Source of the DNA: Thermoanaerobaculia bacterium
Lineage (GTDB): Bacteria; Acidobacteriota; Thermoanaerobaculia; UBA5066
Direction of reading: 5' to 3'
Length of the DNA stretch: 64,000 nucleotides
Assembly: GCA_044229475.1 (NCBI GenBank)
Contig: JBGASW010000007.1
Span: 62,054-126,053, forward strand
The translations under genes were made by a program, and so were the position numbers. Positions 1-9,197 of this stretch are shown here, one piece after another. The notes beneath the pieces are model-generated. The model did no database searches. It was given only the letters and a program-made list of their open reading frames with translations, and was not told where the DNA came from. Numbering within the stretch: position 1 is the first letter of the stretch; each line of letters opens with the position of its first letter.

Positions 1-949
1 GAAGATGGTCTCGCTCAAGGCGGGCCTGCCTCTCAAGGACGTGAGGACTCACTTCACGGACTTCAAGCTCACGAACGACCCGGGCGACACGTGCCCGAAG
101 ACGGGCCACGCGCTCAAGCTCCGGATGGGGAAGGCGGGCCTCTTCATCGCGTGCTCGGGCTACCCCGACTGCGACTTCACCCTGGACATCCCCGAGGTCG
201 AGGAAGACCCGATCGACGCGACCGAACTCGAGGGACAGACCTGCGAGGAGTGCGGCAGCGCGATGAAGCTCCGCACGGGACGCAGCGGCTCCGCGTTCCT
301 CGGCTGCACGGCCTACCCGGTCTGCCGCAACACGGTGCCCGTGAAGGTCGCGGGCGGGAAGGCCGAGGCGAAGCCGGACGTTCCGACCGGCGAAAAGTGC
401 CCGAACTGCGGCTCGGCCCTCGTGACGCGCCACGGCCGTTTCGGCGACTACGTCTCCTGCTCGAACTACCCGGCCTGCCGCTTCAAGCCGCCCAAGCCCG
501 TCACGCTCACGGGCGTCAAGTGCCCGGTGTGCACGACGGGCGACATCCTCGTGCGGCGCGGGCGCTTCGGCCCGTTCTACGGGTGCTCGAATTACCCGTC
601 GTGCGAGAAGAACTTCAAGGCGCGGCCCGTTCCGAAGGCGTGCCCGAACTGCAAGGCGCCGTACCTTCTCGTGCGCGACCGCAAGGCGGGCGCGTTCTAC
701 GTCTGCGAAACCGAGGGCTGCGGCCTCGACGTTCCCGCGAGCGACCTCGACCTCTTCGAGCCCACGACGCGCATCCCCGAGGGCGCGCTCGAGGCCGCGA
801 TCGCCGAGGCGCGCGTGCCCGCGCCCGTCAAGGGTGCGAAGAAGCGGGCGGCGAAGCCGAAGGCGAAAGCCGCGTCGCCGGATGGTCCTCCGCCGAGTAC
901 CGCACGTTCACCGAAGAAGCCCGCCCGTCCTCGCCGAGCGAAAAAGTAG
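1..949 (+). CDS. topA: DNA topoisomerase I, C-terminal part (gene begins upstream of window); repeated Cys4 zinc-ribbon modules and Lys-rich basic tail
   Basis: Repeated CxxC...CxxC zinc-ribbon units (GQTCEECGSAMKLR, GEKCPNCGSAL, GVKCPVCTTG, KACPNCKAP) typical of TopA C-terminal domain; basic KKRAAKPKAK tail; ORF open to window edge. Confidence 0.85.
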   Translation, partial: KMVSLKAGLPLKDVRTHFTDFKLTNDPGDTCPKTGHALKLRMGKAGLFIACSGYPDCDFTLDIPEVEEDPIDATELEGQTCEECGSAMKLRTGRSGSAFLGCTAYPVCRNTVPVKVAGGKAEAKPDVPTGEKCPNCGSALVTRHGRFGDYVSCSNYPACRFKPPKPVTLTGVKCPVCTTGDILVRRGRFGPFYGCSNYPSCEKNFKARPVPKACPNCKAPYLLVRDRKAGAFYVCETEGCGLDVPASDLDLFEPTTRIPEGALEAAIAEARVPAPVKGAKKRAAKPKAKAASPDGPPPSTARSPKKPARPRRAKK

Positions 950-2291
950 CCGTCCCGTCCCCGAGCGGGAAGTAGAAGCGCGTCGGGGAGAGCGGGATGA
1001 GTCCCGCCGTGTAACGTCCTTCGAGCGCGGCCGTGAGGAGTTCCTTCTCCTTCTTGACGGTCAGTTTCTTCCCGTCCGCCGTCGCGTAAACACCCTCGAG
1101 GCGCGCGTAGTCCGCGGGTGCGAGCGTCGCGACCGGACCCGAGACCGGCATGTCCCACGGCTCGCCGAGGACGATCGCCGTCACGTCGCGGACGACGGAC
1201 GAGAGGCGCGCGCGGTCGAGGTTGCAGAGGAAGACCAGCGTGAGGCCCTCGTCCGGGAACTTCACGAGGTCGGAGGTGTAGCCCGGCAGGCCTCCGTTGT
1301 GCCGGAACCGGCGGCGCTTCCAGCCCTCGCCGACGAACCAGCCGTAGCCGTAGTGCTCGAGGCCGGGCGTGAACACCTCGTCGGCCTCCGCCTTCGGCAC
1401 GAGCGCACTTCCGTCCATCGCACGGCTCCACGCGAGAAGGTCGTCGGCGGTCGCGTAGAGGCCGGCGTCGCCGGCGGGCGGCGTGAGCGGGAGGCGCGGC
1501 TGCGCCGCGAGGTGCCCGTCCGTGAGCGGCGCCCCCGCGAGGAGTTTCGCCCACCCGATCTCGGGGTGCGTGTAGCCGACGGCAAGGCCGTCGGGAACGG
1601 CCTTCCCGTCGAACAGCCCCGCGCGTGTCATGCCTGCCGGCTTCAGGAGCGTCTCCGCGACGAACTCGTTGAAGGGCCGGCCCGCCGCGTTTTCGACGAC
1701 CTGCGCGAGGACGAGGTAGCCCGTGTTGCTGTAACGGAACTTCGTGCCGGGCGGAAAGTCGAGCGGCCGCGTCTTCGCGTCCTCCACGAGGCGCCGGCTG
1801 GTGCCCTCCCGCGTCATGACGGAGAGGTATTTCTCGGAACCGAGCTCGAGCGGGCTCTCGTAGTCGGGGATGCCGGACGTGTGACGCATGAGCTGCTGCA
1901 CCGTGACGCGCTTCCAGGCCTCGGGACATCCCGCGAGGTGCGCGCAGATCGAATCCTCGAGCTTCAGAGTTCCGGCGTCGCGCAGCTTGAGCGCCGCCAT
2001 CGCCGTGAACATCTTCGTGATGGAGGCGACCGCATGCCGGGTCTCCGGCGTGTACGGCGTCCGGCGGGCCACGTCGGAGAACCCGTAGCCCTTGCGGAAG
2101 AGGACGCGGTCGCCCTTCGCGACGAGCACGGCGCCGCTGAACCGGCCGAGGGCCGTCCGGGCCGAGAGGTACCGGTCGAGGGACTCCGCGACGGAGCCGG
2201 GGGCTTCCGAGCGGGAGGAAAGCGCGAAGGAAAAGGGCAGAACGACGAGGAGCGCGAAGGCCGCGCCGAGACGGGAGCGGATCGGGTTCAT
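828..2291 (-). CDS. Serine hydrolase, class C beta-lactamase/penicillin-binding-protein-like, secreted
   Basis: N-terminal signal peptide; SxxK motif (SITK) followed by YSN; overall beta-lactamase-fold pattern. Confidence 0.75.
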   Translation of the reverse strand: MNPIRSRLGAAFALLVVLPFSFALSSRSEAPGSVAESLDRYLSARTALGRFSGAVLVAKGDRVLFRKGYGFSDVARRTPYTPETRHAVASITKMFTAMAALKLRDAGTLKLEDSICAHLAGCPEAWKRVTVQQLMRHTSGIPDYESPLELGSEKYLSVMTREGTSRRLVEDAKTRPLDFPPGTKFRYSNTGYLVLAQVVENAAGRPFNEFVAETLLKPAGMTRAGLFDGKAVPDGLAVGYTHPEIGWAKLLAGAPLTDGHLAAQPRLPLTPPAGDAGLYATADDLLAWSRAMDGSALVPKAEADEVFTPGLEHYGYGWFVGEGWKRRRFRHNGGLPGYTSDLVKFPDEGLTLVFLCNLDRARLSSVVRDVTAIVLGEPWDMPVSGPVATLAPADYARLEGVYATADGKKLTVKKEKELLTAALEGRYTAGLIPLSPTRFYFPLGDGTATFSLGEDGRASSVNVRYSAEDHPATRLSPSASPPASSHP

Positions 2292-2345
2292 CGTGACCGG
2301 GAGACGTTCCTCGCGGTCACGAGGTTACGGGGCCCGGGTCGGGCC

Positions 2346-2882
2346 TCAATTCGCGACGCCGTCGGAGACGAGTCGATCGGCGAGGCTCGCCGCCATCTTC
2401 GGGGTCCCCTTGACGAGAGGGGCGGCGTCGCGGTTCGTGACGACGCCCTTCCAGATCTCCCGGTCGTCGCCGAGGGATGTGAGGCTCGCGACGAGCCGCA
2501 TTCCGACCTGCAGGGAGTTGGTGACCGGGAAATTGCTGTTGTTGCCGAGCGAGGGGTACGTCTTGCTCGTCATGTCGGCGGGCCAGACGACGAGGAGCCC
2601 GTCGAAGCCGTCCCGGCGCGCGGCCTCGCGCAGGGCGCCCAGCGTGACGCCGGGCGCGAGGGGCACGTGCTCGTACGATGTCCGCGCGTGCAGGGACGCG
2701 AGGCGCGCCACGAGCGCGTCCTCGGCGGGGCGCCGCACGGCGTCCGGGAGGGCCACGACGACGAGCGTGCGCGAGAACGCGGGAGCGGGCGTCGAGTGGA
2801 CCTGGCTCTCGATCGAAACGGTGGAGCAGGCGAGGAGGGCGAGAGAGGACAACGAGAGGAGGATCGCGCGCGGGTCGTTCAT
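2346..2882 (-). CDS. Hypothetical lipoprotein
   Basis: Signal peptide with lipobox LLACS; no recognisable catalytic motifs. Confidence 0.5.
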   Translation of the reverse strand: MNDPRAILLSLSSLALLACSTVSIESQVHSTPAPAFSRTLVVVALPDAVRRPAEDALVARLASLHARTSYEHVPLAPGVTLGALREAARRDGFDGLLVVWPADMTSKTYPSLGNNSNFPVTNSLQVGMRLVASLTSLGDDREIWKGVVTNRDAAPLVKGTPKMAASLADRLVSDGVAN

Positions 2883-2962
2883 CAGCGCCTTCTTTTTCCG
2901 GGTCGTCTCAGAATAGAGACTACTCCCGCAGGGGCAGCATTTCCTGTGCCGCGGAGGCGGGT

Positions 2963-3892
2963 TCAGACGTCGAGCTCTCCCCTCATCACCAGGACCGCTC
3001 CGCCCTCGACGCGCACGCCGGTTGGCCGGCCGCCGTCGACGAGGACCGTCACGTCCAGCTCGGACGGGCGGCCCATCTCGACGCCCTGGTCGATGAGGAA
3101 ACGGCCGCGCCCGCCCGCGACGCCGCCCGGCACCGCGCCGTGGAGCGCGAGGTAGACGCCCACGGGCCCGGCCGCCGAGCCCGTCGCGGGGTCCTCCGGC
3201 ACGCCCGCGCCCGGCGCGAACATGCGGGCCCTGAGGCGCGTTCCGCCGGGCGCCGCGTCGAACGCGAAGAAGAGGAGACCGAGGACGCCGAGCTCCCGTT
3301 CGACGTGATTGAGCATCCGCGTGTCGGCGAGCGCCGAGGACACCGCTTCGACCGACGCGAGAGGCACCATGAGAAACGTGTTACCGGTCCCGACGGCCTG
3401 GGGAGGGAGTGCCGGGTGGAGCGCGTCGAACGGGACGCCGAGCGCCGCCGCGATCTGGCCCTTCACGTCGTCGCCCGTCACGGGCGCCTTCCACTCGGGC
3501 TTTCCCTGCTCCATCCGCACGCGCGTGACGCGCCCGTCCTTCTTCAGGAGCTCGAGCTTGAGCGGCCCGAACCCGACCTCGATCGTCACCGGGTGAATGC
3601 CGTCCGGCGCGCCGGCGGCGGCCCTCCCGAGCGCCGCCATCACGACGGCCGTCCCGACCGTCGGATGGCCCGCGTACGGGATCTCCTTCACCGGCACGAA
3701 CGTCCGCTGCCAGTAGGCGTGCGCGGCGTCCTTCGCGGGCAGGACGAACGTGGACTCGGAGTAGTTGATCTCCCGCGCGATCGACTGCATCTGCGCCGTC
3801 GTGAGGCCGCGCGCGTCCGGCACGACGAGGAGCGGGTTGCCCGCGAAGGGGCGGTCCGTGAACACGTCGCAGGTGACGAAGGAGACTCTCAT
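2963..3892 (-). CDS. PhzF-family phenazine-biosynthesis-like isomerase
   Basis: 309-aa product with PhzF/DAP-epimerase-fold pattern (MRVSFVTCDVFTDRPFAGNPLLVV ...); start ATG overlaps stop of upstream methyltransferase (ATGA). Confidence 0.8.
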   Translation of the reverse strand: MRVSFVTCDVFTDRPFAGNPLLVVPDARGLTTAQMQSIAREINYSESTFVLPAKDAAHAYWQRTFVPVKEIPYAGHPTVGTAVVMAALGRAAAGAPDGIHPVTIEVGFGPLKLELLKKDGRVTRVRMEQGKPEWKAPVTGDDVKGQIAAALGVPFDALHPALPPQAVGTGNTFLMVPLASVEAVSSALADTRMLNHVERELGVLGLLFFAFDAAPGGTRLRARMFAPGAGVPEDPATGSAAGPVGVYLALHGAVPGGVAGGRGRFLIDQGVEMGRPSELDVTVLVDGGRPTGVRVEGGAVLVMRGELDV

Positions 3893-4605
3893 GGAGACGA
3901 CGTTACCGCCCGGAGGCACGTTCGGAAACGACAGAGGCCGACCATCGGGAGCGCCCGGTCCAGGGCGCCGAGGACGGGGTAGGGGCTCGCGGAGTAGAAG
4001 AGGTCCTCCACGCGGAAGCCCGCCTCTTCGACGAGGCTCACCACGCGCGTGGCGGGGCGCACGGCGATGTGGTCCTCCTGCTGCAGGCCCGGCACGGCGG
4101 CCTTGATCCGCTCGGCCCAGTGGTCCCGGTTCGGCGTGTAGATCGCGAGGGCGCCGCCGGAAACGAGCGACCGGCGCGCGCTCTCGAGGCACGGGACGAG
4201 CACGTCGTCGAGGACGTGCTCGACGAAGTCGGCGAGGAGAACGACGTCGAACGGGCCCCCGGGTGCCGCCGCGAGATCCCGCGCGTCGGCCCTCTCGAAG
4301 CGGACGTTCGAGAGGCCGCGGGCGGCCTGCCCGGCGCGGGCGGCGTCGACTGCGACGCCTGCCGCGTCGATCCCCACGACCTCCGCGACGCACGGGGCGA
4401 GGAAGAACGCCGTGTCGCCGCGCGCGGAGCCGACCTCGAGGACCCGGAGGGACGGAGAGGGGCGGACGATCCGGAGCAGCGCCGCGTCGCGCTCCTCGTA
4501 CTTTCGCCGGTTCCGCAGGAACCAGTGCGGGCGGTACATCCGGCCGTAGTAGGCCGGCCCGTAGACGTCGGCGTTCGGCGCGAACTTCCCGGGTGCATCC
4601 GTCAC
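3889..4605 (-). CDS. Class I SAM-dependent methyltransferase
   Basis: Rossmann-like SAM-binding motif VLEVGSARGDTAFFLA and acidic loop VVGID; 4-nt overlap with downstream PhzF gene. Confidence 0.75.
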   Translation of the reverse strand: MTDAPGKFAPNADVYGPAYYGRMYRPHWFLRNRRKYEERDAALLRIVRPSPSLRVLEVGSARGDTAFFLAPCVAEVVGIDAAGVAVDAARAGQAARGLSNVRFERADARDLAAAPGGPFDVVLLADFVEHVLDDVLVPCLESARRSLVSGGALAIYTPNRDHWAERIKAAVPGLQQEDHIAVRPATRVVSLVEEAGFRVEDLFYSASPYPVLGALDRALPMVGLCRFRTCLRAVTSSP

Positions 4606-4646
4606 GCGATGAGTCTACGCATCTGAAGAGAGAGCCGGCCCCTAGA

Positions 4647-6014
4647 ATGGACTCGATGGCGCGCGTCACGGTGATCGGGGGAGGCTTCGCGGGCGTGGAG
4701 TGCGCGCACCAGCTCCTCCGGCGCGGCCACGCCGTCACGCTCGTCGAGATGCGACCCGTGCGGACGACGGACGCGCACGCGACGGACCGCCTCGCCGAGA
4801 TGGTCTGTTCGAACTCGTTCCGGTCCGACAACCCCGCGAACGCCGTCGGCCTCCTGAAGCGCGAGATGGAGAGCGTCGGGTCCCTGATTCTCGAGGAGGC
4901 GCGCAGGGCCGCGGTCCCGGCCGGCGACGCGCTCGCCGTGGACCGGACGATCTTCGCGGAGGCCGTCACGCGGCGCCTCGCCGGCGAGCCGCTCCTCACG
5001 CTCGTCCGGGGAGAGGCCGAGGCGCTGCCCGACCCCGGCGACGGGTTCGTCGTCGTCGCAACCGGGCCGCTCACCTCGCCCGCGCTCGAGAAGGCGTTGC
5101 TGGGCCTGCTCGGCGAGAAGTACCTCTACTTCTACGATGCCATGGCGCCCATCGTCGAGGCGGCGTCGCTCGACATGGCGAAGCTCTACGCGCTCTCGCG
5201 CTACGGCAAGGGAGGGGGCGACGACTACCTGAACGTCCCGCTCTCCCGCGCCGAGTACGAGGCCTTCGTCGCCGCCCTCCTCGCGGGGGAAAAGGTCCCG
5301 TTCCACGACTTCGAGAAGGCCGTGTACTTCGAAGGATGTCTTCCGGCCGAGGCGATGGCCGAGCGCGGCGTCGAGACTCTGCGCCACGGCCCGATGAAGC
5401 CGTTCGGGCTGCCGGACCCGCGCACGGGCAGGGAGCCGTATGCCGTGGTCCAGCTCCGGCAGGACGACCTCGCGAAGACGCACTTCAACATGGTGGGCTT
5501 CCAGACGAAGCTCAAGGTCGGCGAGCAGCGGCGCGTCTTCCGGATGCTGCCGGGGCTCGAGAACGCGGAGTTCGTCCGGTACGGCATGCTCCACCGCAAC
5601 ACGTACATCAACGGCCCGGCGCACCTCGACCGTTTCTTCCGCTGGCGGAAGGACCCGCGCGTCTTCTTCGCGGGCCAGCTCACCGGCGTCGAGGGCTACC
5701 TCGAGTCCGCCGCGACGGGCCTCATGGTCGGCGCGGCGCTCGCGCAGCTCCTCGAGGGCCGGGAGCCCGCGCCGCTCGCCTTCTCGACGGCGCTCGGCTC
5801 GCTCGCCCGGCATGTCTCGACGCCCCGGGAGGGGGACTTCTCGCCGATGAACGTGACGTTCGGCCTCATCGACGACGCGGACGTCCCGCCGTCGAAGGAT
5901 CGGGCGAAACGCCGCGGGGAGATCGCGCGCCGCGCCCTGGAAGGAGTCGCGCGCTGGAAGACGGAGGCTCTTCCCGTGCCGTCCGTCACGGTCCCCGGCG
6001 CGGGCGCCGCCTAG
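4647..6014 (+). CDS. trmFO: Methylenetetrahydrofolate--tRNA-(uracil54-C5)-methyltransferase TrmFO (Gid)
   Basis: N-terminal FAD-binding VTVIGGGFAGVECA; conserved MVGFQTKL and GYLES motifs of TrmFO; alternative start at 4656. Confidence 0.85.
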   Translation: MDSMARVTVIGGGFAGVECAHQLLRRGHAVTLVEMRPVRTTDAHATDRLAEMVCSNSFRSDNPANAVGLLKREMESVGSLILEEARRAAVPAGDALAVDRTIFAEAVTRRLAGEPLLTLVRGEAEALPDPGDGFVVVATGPLTSPALEKALLGLLGEKYLYFYDAMAPIVEAASLDMAKLYALSRYGKGGGDDYLNVPLSRAEYEAFVAALLAGEKVPFHDFEKAVYFEGCLPAEAMAERGVETLRHGPMKPFGLPDPRTGREPYAVVQLRQDDLAKTHFNMVGFQTKLKVGEQRRVFRMLPGLENAEFVRYGMLHRNTYINGPAHLDRFFRWRKDPRVFFAGQLTGVEGYLESAATGLMVGAALAQLLEGREPAPLAFSTALGSLARHVSTPREGDFSPMNVTFGLIDDADVPPSKDRAKRRGEIARRALEGVARWKTEALPVPSVTVPGAGAA

Positions 6015-6035
6015 AATCGGCGCGGAGGAAGACTC

Positions 6036-6356
6036 GTGAAGAAGAACCTGACCGCAGCCCTGACCGCCGTTCTCTTCGCCGCCGCGCCGGCCGCCGTGGC
6101 CGACGGCCGCTCCGAGAACTTCCAGACGTACTGCTCGGTCTGCCACGGCGACGACGGAAAGGGACAGACCGAGGAAGGAAAGAAGAAGGGCGCCCGCGAC
6201 CTCACGAACGCCAAGTGGCAGGACAAGGTCGACGACGGCCGGCTGATCAAGTCCGTCACGAAGGGGCACGACAAGATGCCCGCCTTCGAGAAGAAGCTCT
6301 CGGCCGACGAGATCAAGGCGCTCGTCGCCGAGGTGCGGACGCTCGCGAAGAAGTAG
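6036..6356 (+). CDS. Class I c-type cytochrome, secreted monoheme
   Basis: Signal peptide, single CSVCHG heme-binding motif, distal Met (KMPAF); GTG start. Confidence 0.7.
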   Translation: MKKNLTAALTAVLFAAAPAAVADGRSENFQTYCSVCHGDDGKGQTEEGKKKGARDLTNAKWQDKVDDGRLIKSVTKGHDKMPAFEKKLSADEIKALVAEVRTLAKK

Positions 6357-7285
6357 TGCGCGGCCGCCTGCCCGGGGAGCTCGCCGCGTTCGACCGCCAT
6401 CTCGCGGACGAGCGCGGCGTCTCGCGGCACACGCGGGCGGCTTACGGGAAGGACCTCGGTCGGTTTGCGGCGTTTCTCTCGACGGTCTTCTGGAACAGGC
6501 CGCTCGAGAAGATCGCGGCCGCCGACGTCGACGCGCTCGCCGTGAGGTCCTACCTCGCGCACCTGCGGGCGGACGGCCTGACGAAGGCCTCGATCGGCCG
6601 CCACCTCTCGGCGCTCCGCACGTTCTTCGCGTTCCTGAAGCGCGAGGGTCACGTCGTGGCGAATCCCGCCAAGGCGATCGCGACGCCCCGGAAGGAGCGG
6701 TCCCTGCCCCGCACGCTCTCGGTCACGGAGGCGGGCGCCGTCGTCGAGGCGAAAGGGCGGGAAGGCGCGCTCGGCGCGCGCGACCGGGCGCTCCTCGAAG
6801 TCCTCTACGCGACGGGTCTGCGCGTCTCGGAGGTCGTCGGGCTGAAACTCGAGGACGTGGACCTCTCCGCGCGGCAGGTGCGGACGGTTGGCAAGGGGAG
6901 GAAGGAGCGGATCGTCCCGTTCGGGCGCGCGGCCTGCGACGCCGTGAAGACGTGGCTCCGCGCCCGGGCCGACATGCGCCCGGCCGCGAAGGACGCGGGG
7001 TTCCTGTTCCTGAACGCACGCGCGGGGCGCCTGACGGACCGCAGCGTGCGGCGCATCCTCGACCGGGCGATGCTGGGGGCCGACGTGACCCGTCACGCCT
7101 CGCCGCACGCGCTCCGGCACTCCTTCGCGACGCACCTCCTCGCGGCGGGCGCCGACCTGCGGTCGATCCAGGAGCTCCTCGGCCACGCGTCGCTCTCGAC
7201 GACGCAGCGGTACACCCATCTCGACGCCGAACGCCTCCTCGAGGTCTACCGCAAGAGCCACCCGAAGGCGGAGGACCGGGAGTGA
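6356..7285 (+). CDS. xerC: Tyrosine site-specific recombinase XerC/XerD family
   Basis: Catalytic signature R...HxLRHSFAT...LGH...Y (RHSFATHLL, LLGHASLSTTQRYTH); GTG start sharing last base of cytochrome c stop; position upstream of hslVU as in Bacillus codV. Confidence 0.85.
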   Translation: MRGRLPGELAAFDRHLADERGVSRHTRAAYGKDLGRFAAFLSTVFWNRPLEKIAAADVDALAVRSYLAHLRADGLTKASIGRHLSALRTFFAFLKREGHVVANPAKAIATPRKERSLPRTLSVTEAGAVVEAKGREGALGARDRALLEVLYATGLRVSEVVGLKLEDVDLSARQVRTVGKGRKERIVPFGRAACDAVKTWLRARADMRPAAKDAGFLFLNARAGRLTDRSVRRILDRAMLGADVTRHASPHALRHSFATHLLAAGADLRSIQELLGHASLSTTQRYTHLDAERLLEVYRKSHPKAEDRE

Positions 7286-7311
7286 GAGAGCCCCGGCGCT
7301 AGACTCCGCGC

Positions 7312-7854
7312 GTGGCCCCTCCCGTCTTCCACCACACGACGATCCTCTGCGTCAGGCGCGGATCCTCCGTCGCGCTCGGCGGCGACGGGCAGGTCACGAT
7401 GGGGACCACCGTCATGAAGCACGGCGCCTCCAAGGTGCGGCGACTCCTCGACGGCAGGGTCCTCGCGGGCTTCGCCGGGTCCACGGCCGACGCCGTGACG
7501 CTCTTCACGCGCTTCGAGAAGAAGCTCGAGGAGTTCCACGGCCAGCTCGAGCGCGCGGCCGTGGAACTCGCGACGGACTGGCGGACGGAGAAGACGCTCC
7601 GCCAGCTCGAGGCCCTGCTCGTCGTCGCGGACGCGAAGGTCTCGCTCCTGCTCTCGGGGACGGGCGACGTCATCGCCCCCGACGAGGGCGTCCTCGCGGT
7701 GGGGTCGGGCGGACCCTATGCCGCCGCGGCGGCGAAGGCCCTGCTGAGGCACTCCACGCTCGAGGCCGCGGCGATCGTCAGGGAGTCTCTCGCGATCGCG
7801 GCCACGATCGACATCTACACGAACGACACGATCAAGGTCGAGACGCTGCCGTGA
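7312..7854 (+). CDS. hslV: ATP-dependent protease subunit HslV (with unusual 8-residue N-terminal extension before catalytic Thr)
   Basis: [20 protein letters not shown] ... [15 protein letters not shown] matches HslV throughout; only in-frame start is GTG giving MAPPVFHH before TT. Confidence 0.85.
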   Translation: MAPPVFHHTTILCVRRGSSVALGGDGQVTMGTTVMKHGASKVRRLLDGRVLAGFAGSTADAVTLFTRFEKKLEEFHGQLERAAVELATDWRTEKTLRQLEALLVVADAKVSLLLSGTGDVIAPDEGVLAVGSGGPYAAAAAKALLRHSTLEAAAIVRESLAIAATIDIYTNDTIKVETLP

Positions 7855-9197
7855 CGCCGCTGACGCTGCGCGACCTGTCGCCGCGCAAGATCGTGGCCGA
7901 ACTGGATCGCCACGTCGTCGGCCAGGCGAAGGCGAAACGATCCGTCGCGATCGCGCTGCGCGACCGCTGGCGCCGCCAGCGCCTCCCGGCCGATCTCGCG
8001 CGCGACACGACGCCGAAGAACATCCTCATGATCGGGCCCACGGGCGTCGGCAAGACGGAGATCGCGCGGCGGCTCGCCCGCCTCGTGGACGCGCCGTTCG
8101 TGAAGGTCGAGGCCTCGAAGTTCACGGAGGTCGGGTACGTCGGGCGGGACGTCGACTCGATCGCCCGCGATCTCGTGGACGCCGCGATCCGGCTCGTCAA
8201 GGAGGAGCGCCGGGCGCGCGTCGCGGACCGCGCGGCGGCGGCGGCGGAGGAGCGGCTCGTCGACCTCCTCGTGGCCGCGCTCGCGACGGACCCCTCCGGC
8301 CGGGCGGTCGCGCAGGAGGGCCGCGACAAGGTGCGCCGTGAGCTCCACGAGGGCAGGCACGAGGCGAAGGAGATCGAGATCGAGGTCGCCGACGACCGAA
8401 CGCCGCAGATCTCCGTCATGGGCCCGCAGGGCATGGAGGAGATGGGGATCGACATCCCCGGCATGATTCCCGGCCTCTTCGGTGGCCCGAAGAAGAAGAA
8501 GGTCCGCCTGCCGGTGTCCGAGGCGCGGCCGCTCCTCCTCGAGCGCGAGGCGGACGCCCTCACGGACGAGGCGACGCTCCCTTCGGAAGCGATCCGCCGC
8601 GCCGAGGAGACGGGCATCGTCTTCCTCGACGAAATCGACAAGATCGCCGGGCGCGAGGGCGCGCGGGGCGGGCCCGACGTGTCGCGCGAGGGCGTCCAGC
8701 GTGACCTCCTCCCGCTCGTCGAAGGGACGACCGTCAAGACGAAGCACGGCATGTTCAAGACGGACCACGTCCTCTTCGTGGCGGCGGGCGCGTTCCACGT
8801 CGCGAAGCCCTCGGACCTGATCCCCGAGCTGCAGGGGCGCTTCCCGATCCGCGTCTCCCTCGACGCGCTCAGCGAGGAGGACTTCCTCCGGATCCTGACC
8901 GAGCCCGAGCACGCGCTGCCGAAGCAGTCCGCCGCGCTCCTCGGCGCGGACGGGATCACGCTCGAGTTCGCGGACGACGGCCTCAGGGAGATCGCCCGCG
9001 CTGCGGCGGAGGTGAACCGCAACCTCGAGAACATCGGCGCGCGCCGCCTCCACACGATCCTCGAAACCGTCCTCGAGGAGATCTCTTTCGCGGGCCCCGA
9101 CGCGGCGGGCGCCCGCGTCGTCGTCGACAAGGCGTACGTCGACCGCGCGCTCGCGAGCCTCGTGCGCGACCGCGACCTCTCGCGCTTCGTGCTGTGA
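7851..9197 (+). CDS. hslU: ATP-dependent protease ATPase subunit HslU
   Basis: Walker [16 protein letters not shown], HslU I-domain, C-terminal GARRL; 4-nt overlap with hslV. Confidence 0.9.
   Translation: MTPLTLRDLSPRKIVAELDRHVVGQAKAKRSVAIALRDRWRRQRLPADLARDTTPKNILMIGPTGVGKTEIARRLARLVDAPFVKVEASKFTEVGYVGRDVDSIARDLVDAAIRLVKEERRARVADRAAAAAEERLVDLLVAALATDPSGRAVAQEGRDKVRRELHEGRHEAKEIEIEVADDRTPQISVMGPQGMEEMGIDIPGMIPGLFGGPKKKKVRLPVSEARPLLLEREADALTDEATLPSEAIRRAEETGIVFLDEIDKIAGREGARGGPDVSREGVQRDLLPLVEGTTVKTKHGMFKTDHVLFVAAGAFHVAKPSDLIPELQGRFPIRVSLDALSEEDFLRILTEPEHALPKQSAALLGADGITLEFADDGLREIARAAAEVNRNLENIGARRLHTILETVLEEISFAGPDAAGARVVVDKAYVDRALASLVRDRDLSRFVL

Noticed and set aside
834-3155. 773-aa plus-strand ORF rich in Arg/Gly/Glu
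   Set aside because: Antisense shadow of the homology-supported beta-lactamase-like and lipoprotein genes. Low-complexity RGRE composition typical of GC-rich non-coding frames.
4602-6269. 555-aa minus-strand ORF overlapping trmFO and cytochrome c
   Set aside because: Shadow ORF opposite trmFO. Arg/Glu/Gly-rich, no motifs.
6356-7285. XerC-type recombinase as indicator of an integrated mobile element
   Set aside because: Embedded in the conserved trmFO-xerC-hslVU housekeeping synteny with no flanking repeats, tRNA or phage/IS genes. Interpreted as the chromosomal dimer-resolution recombinase.
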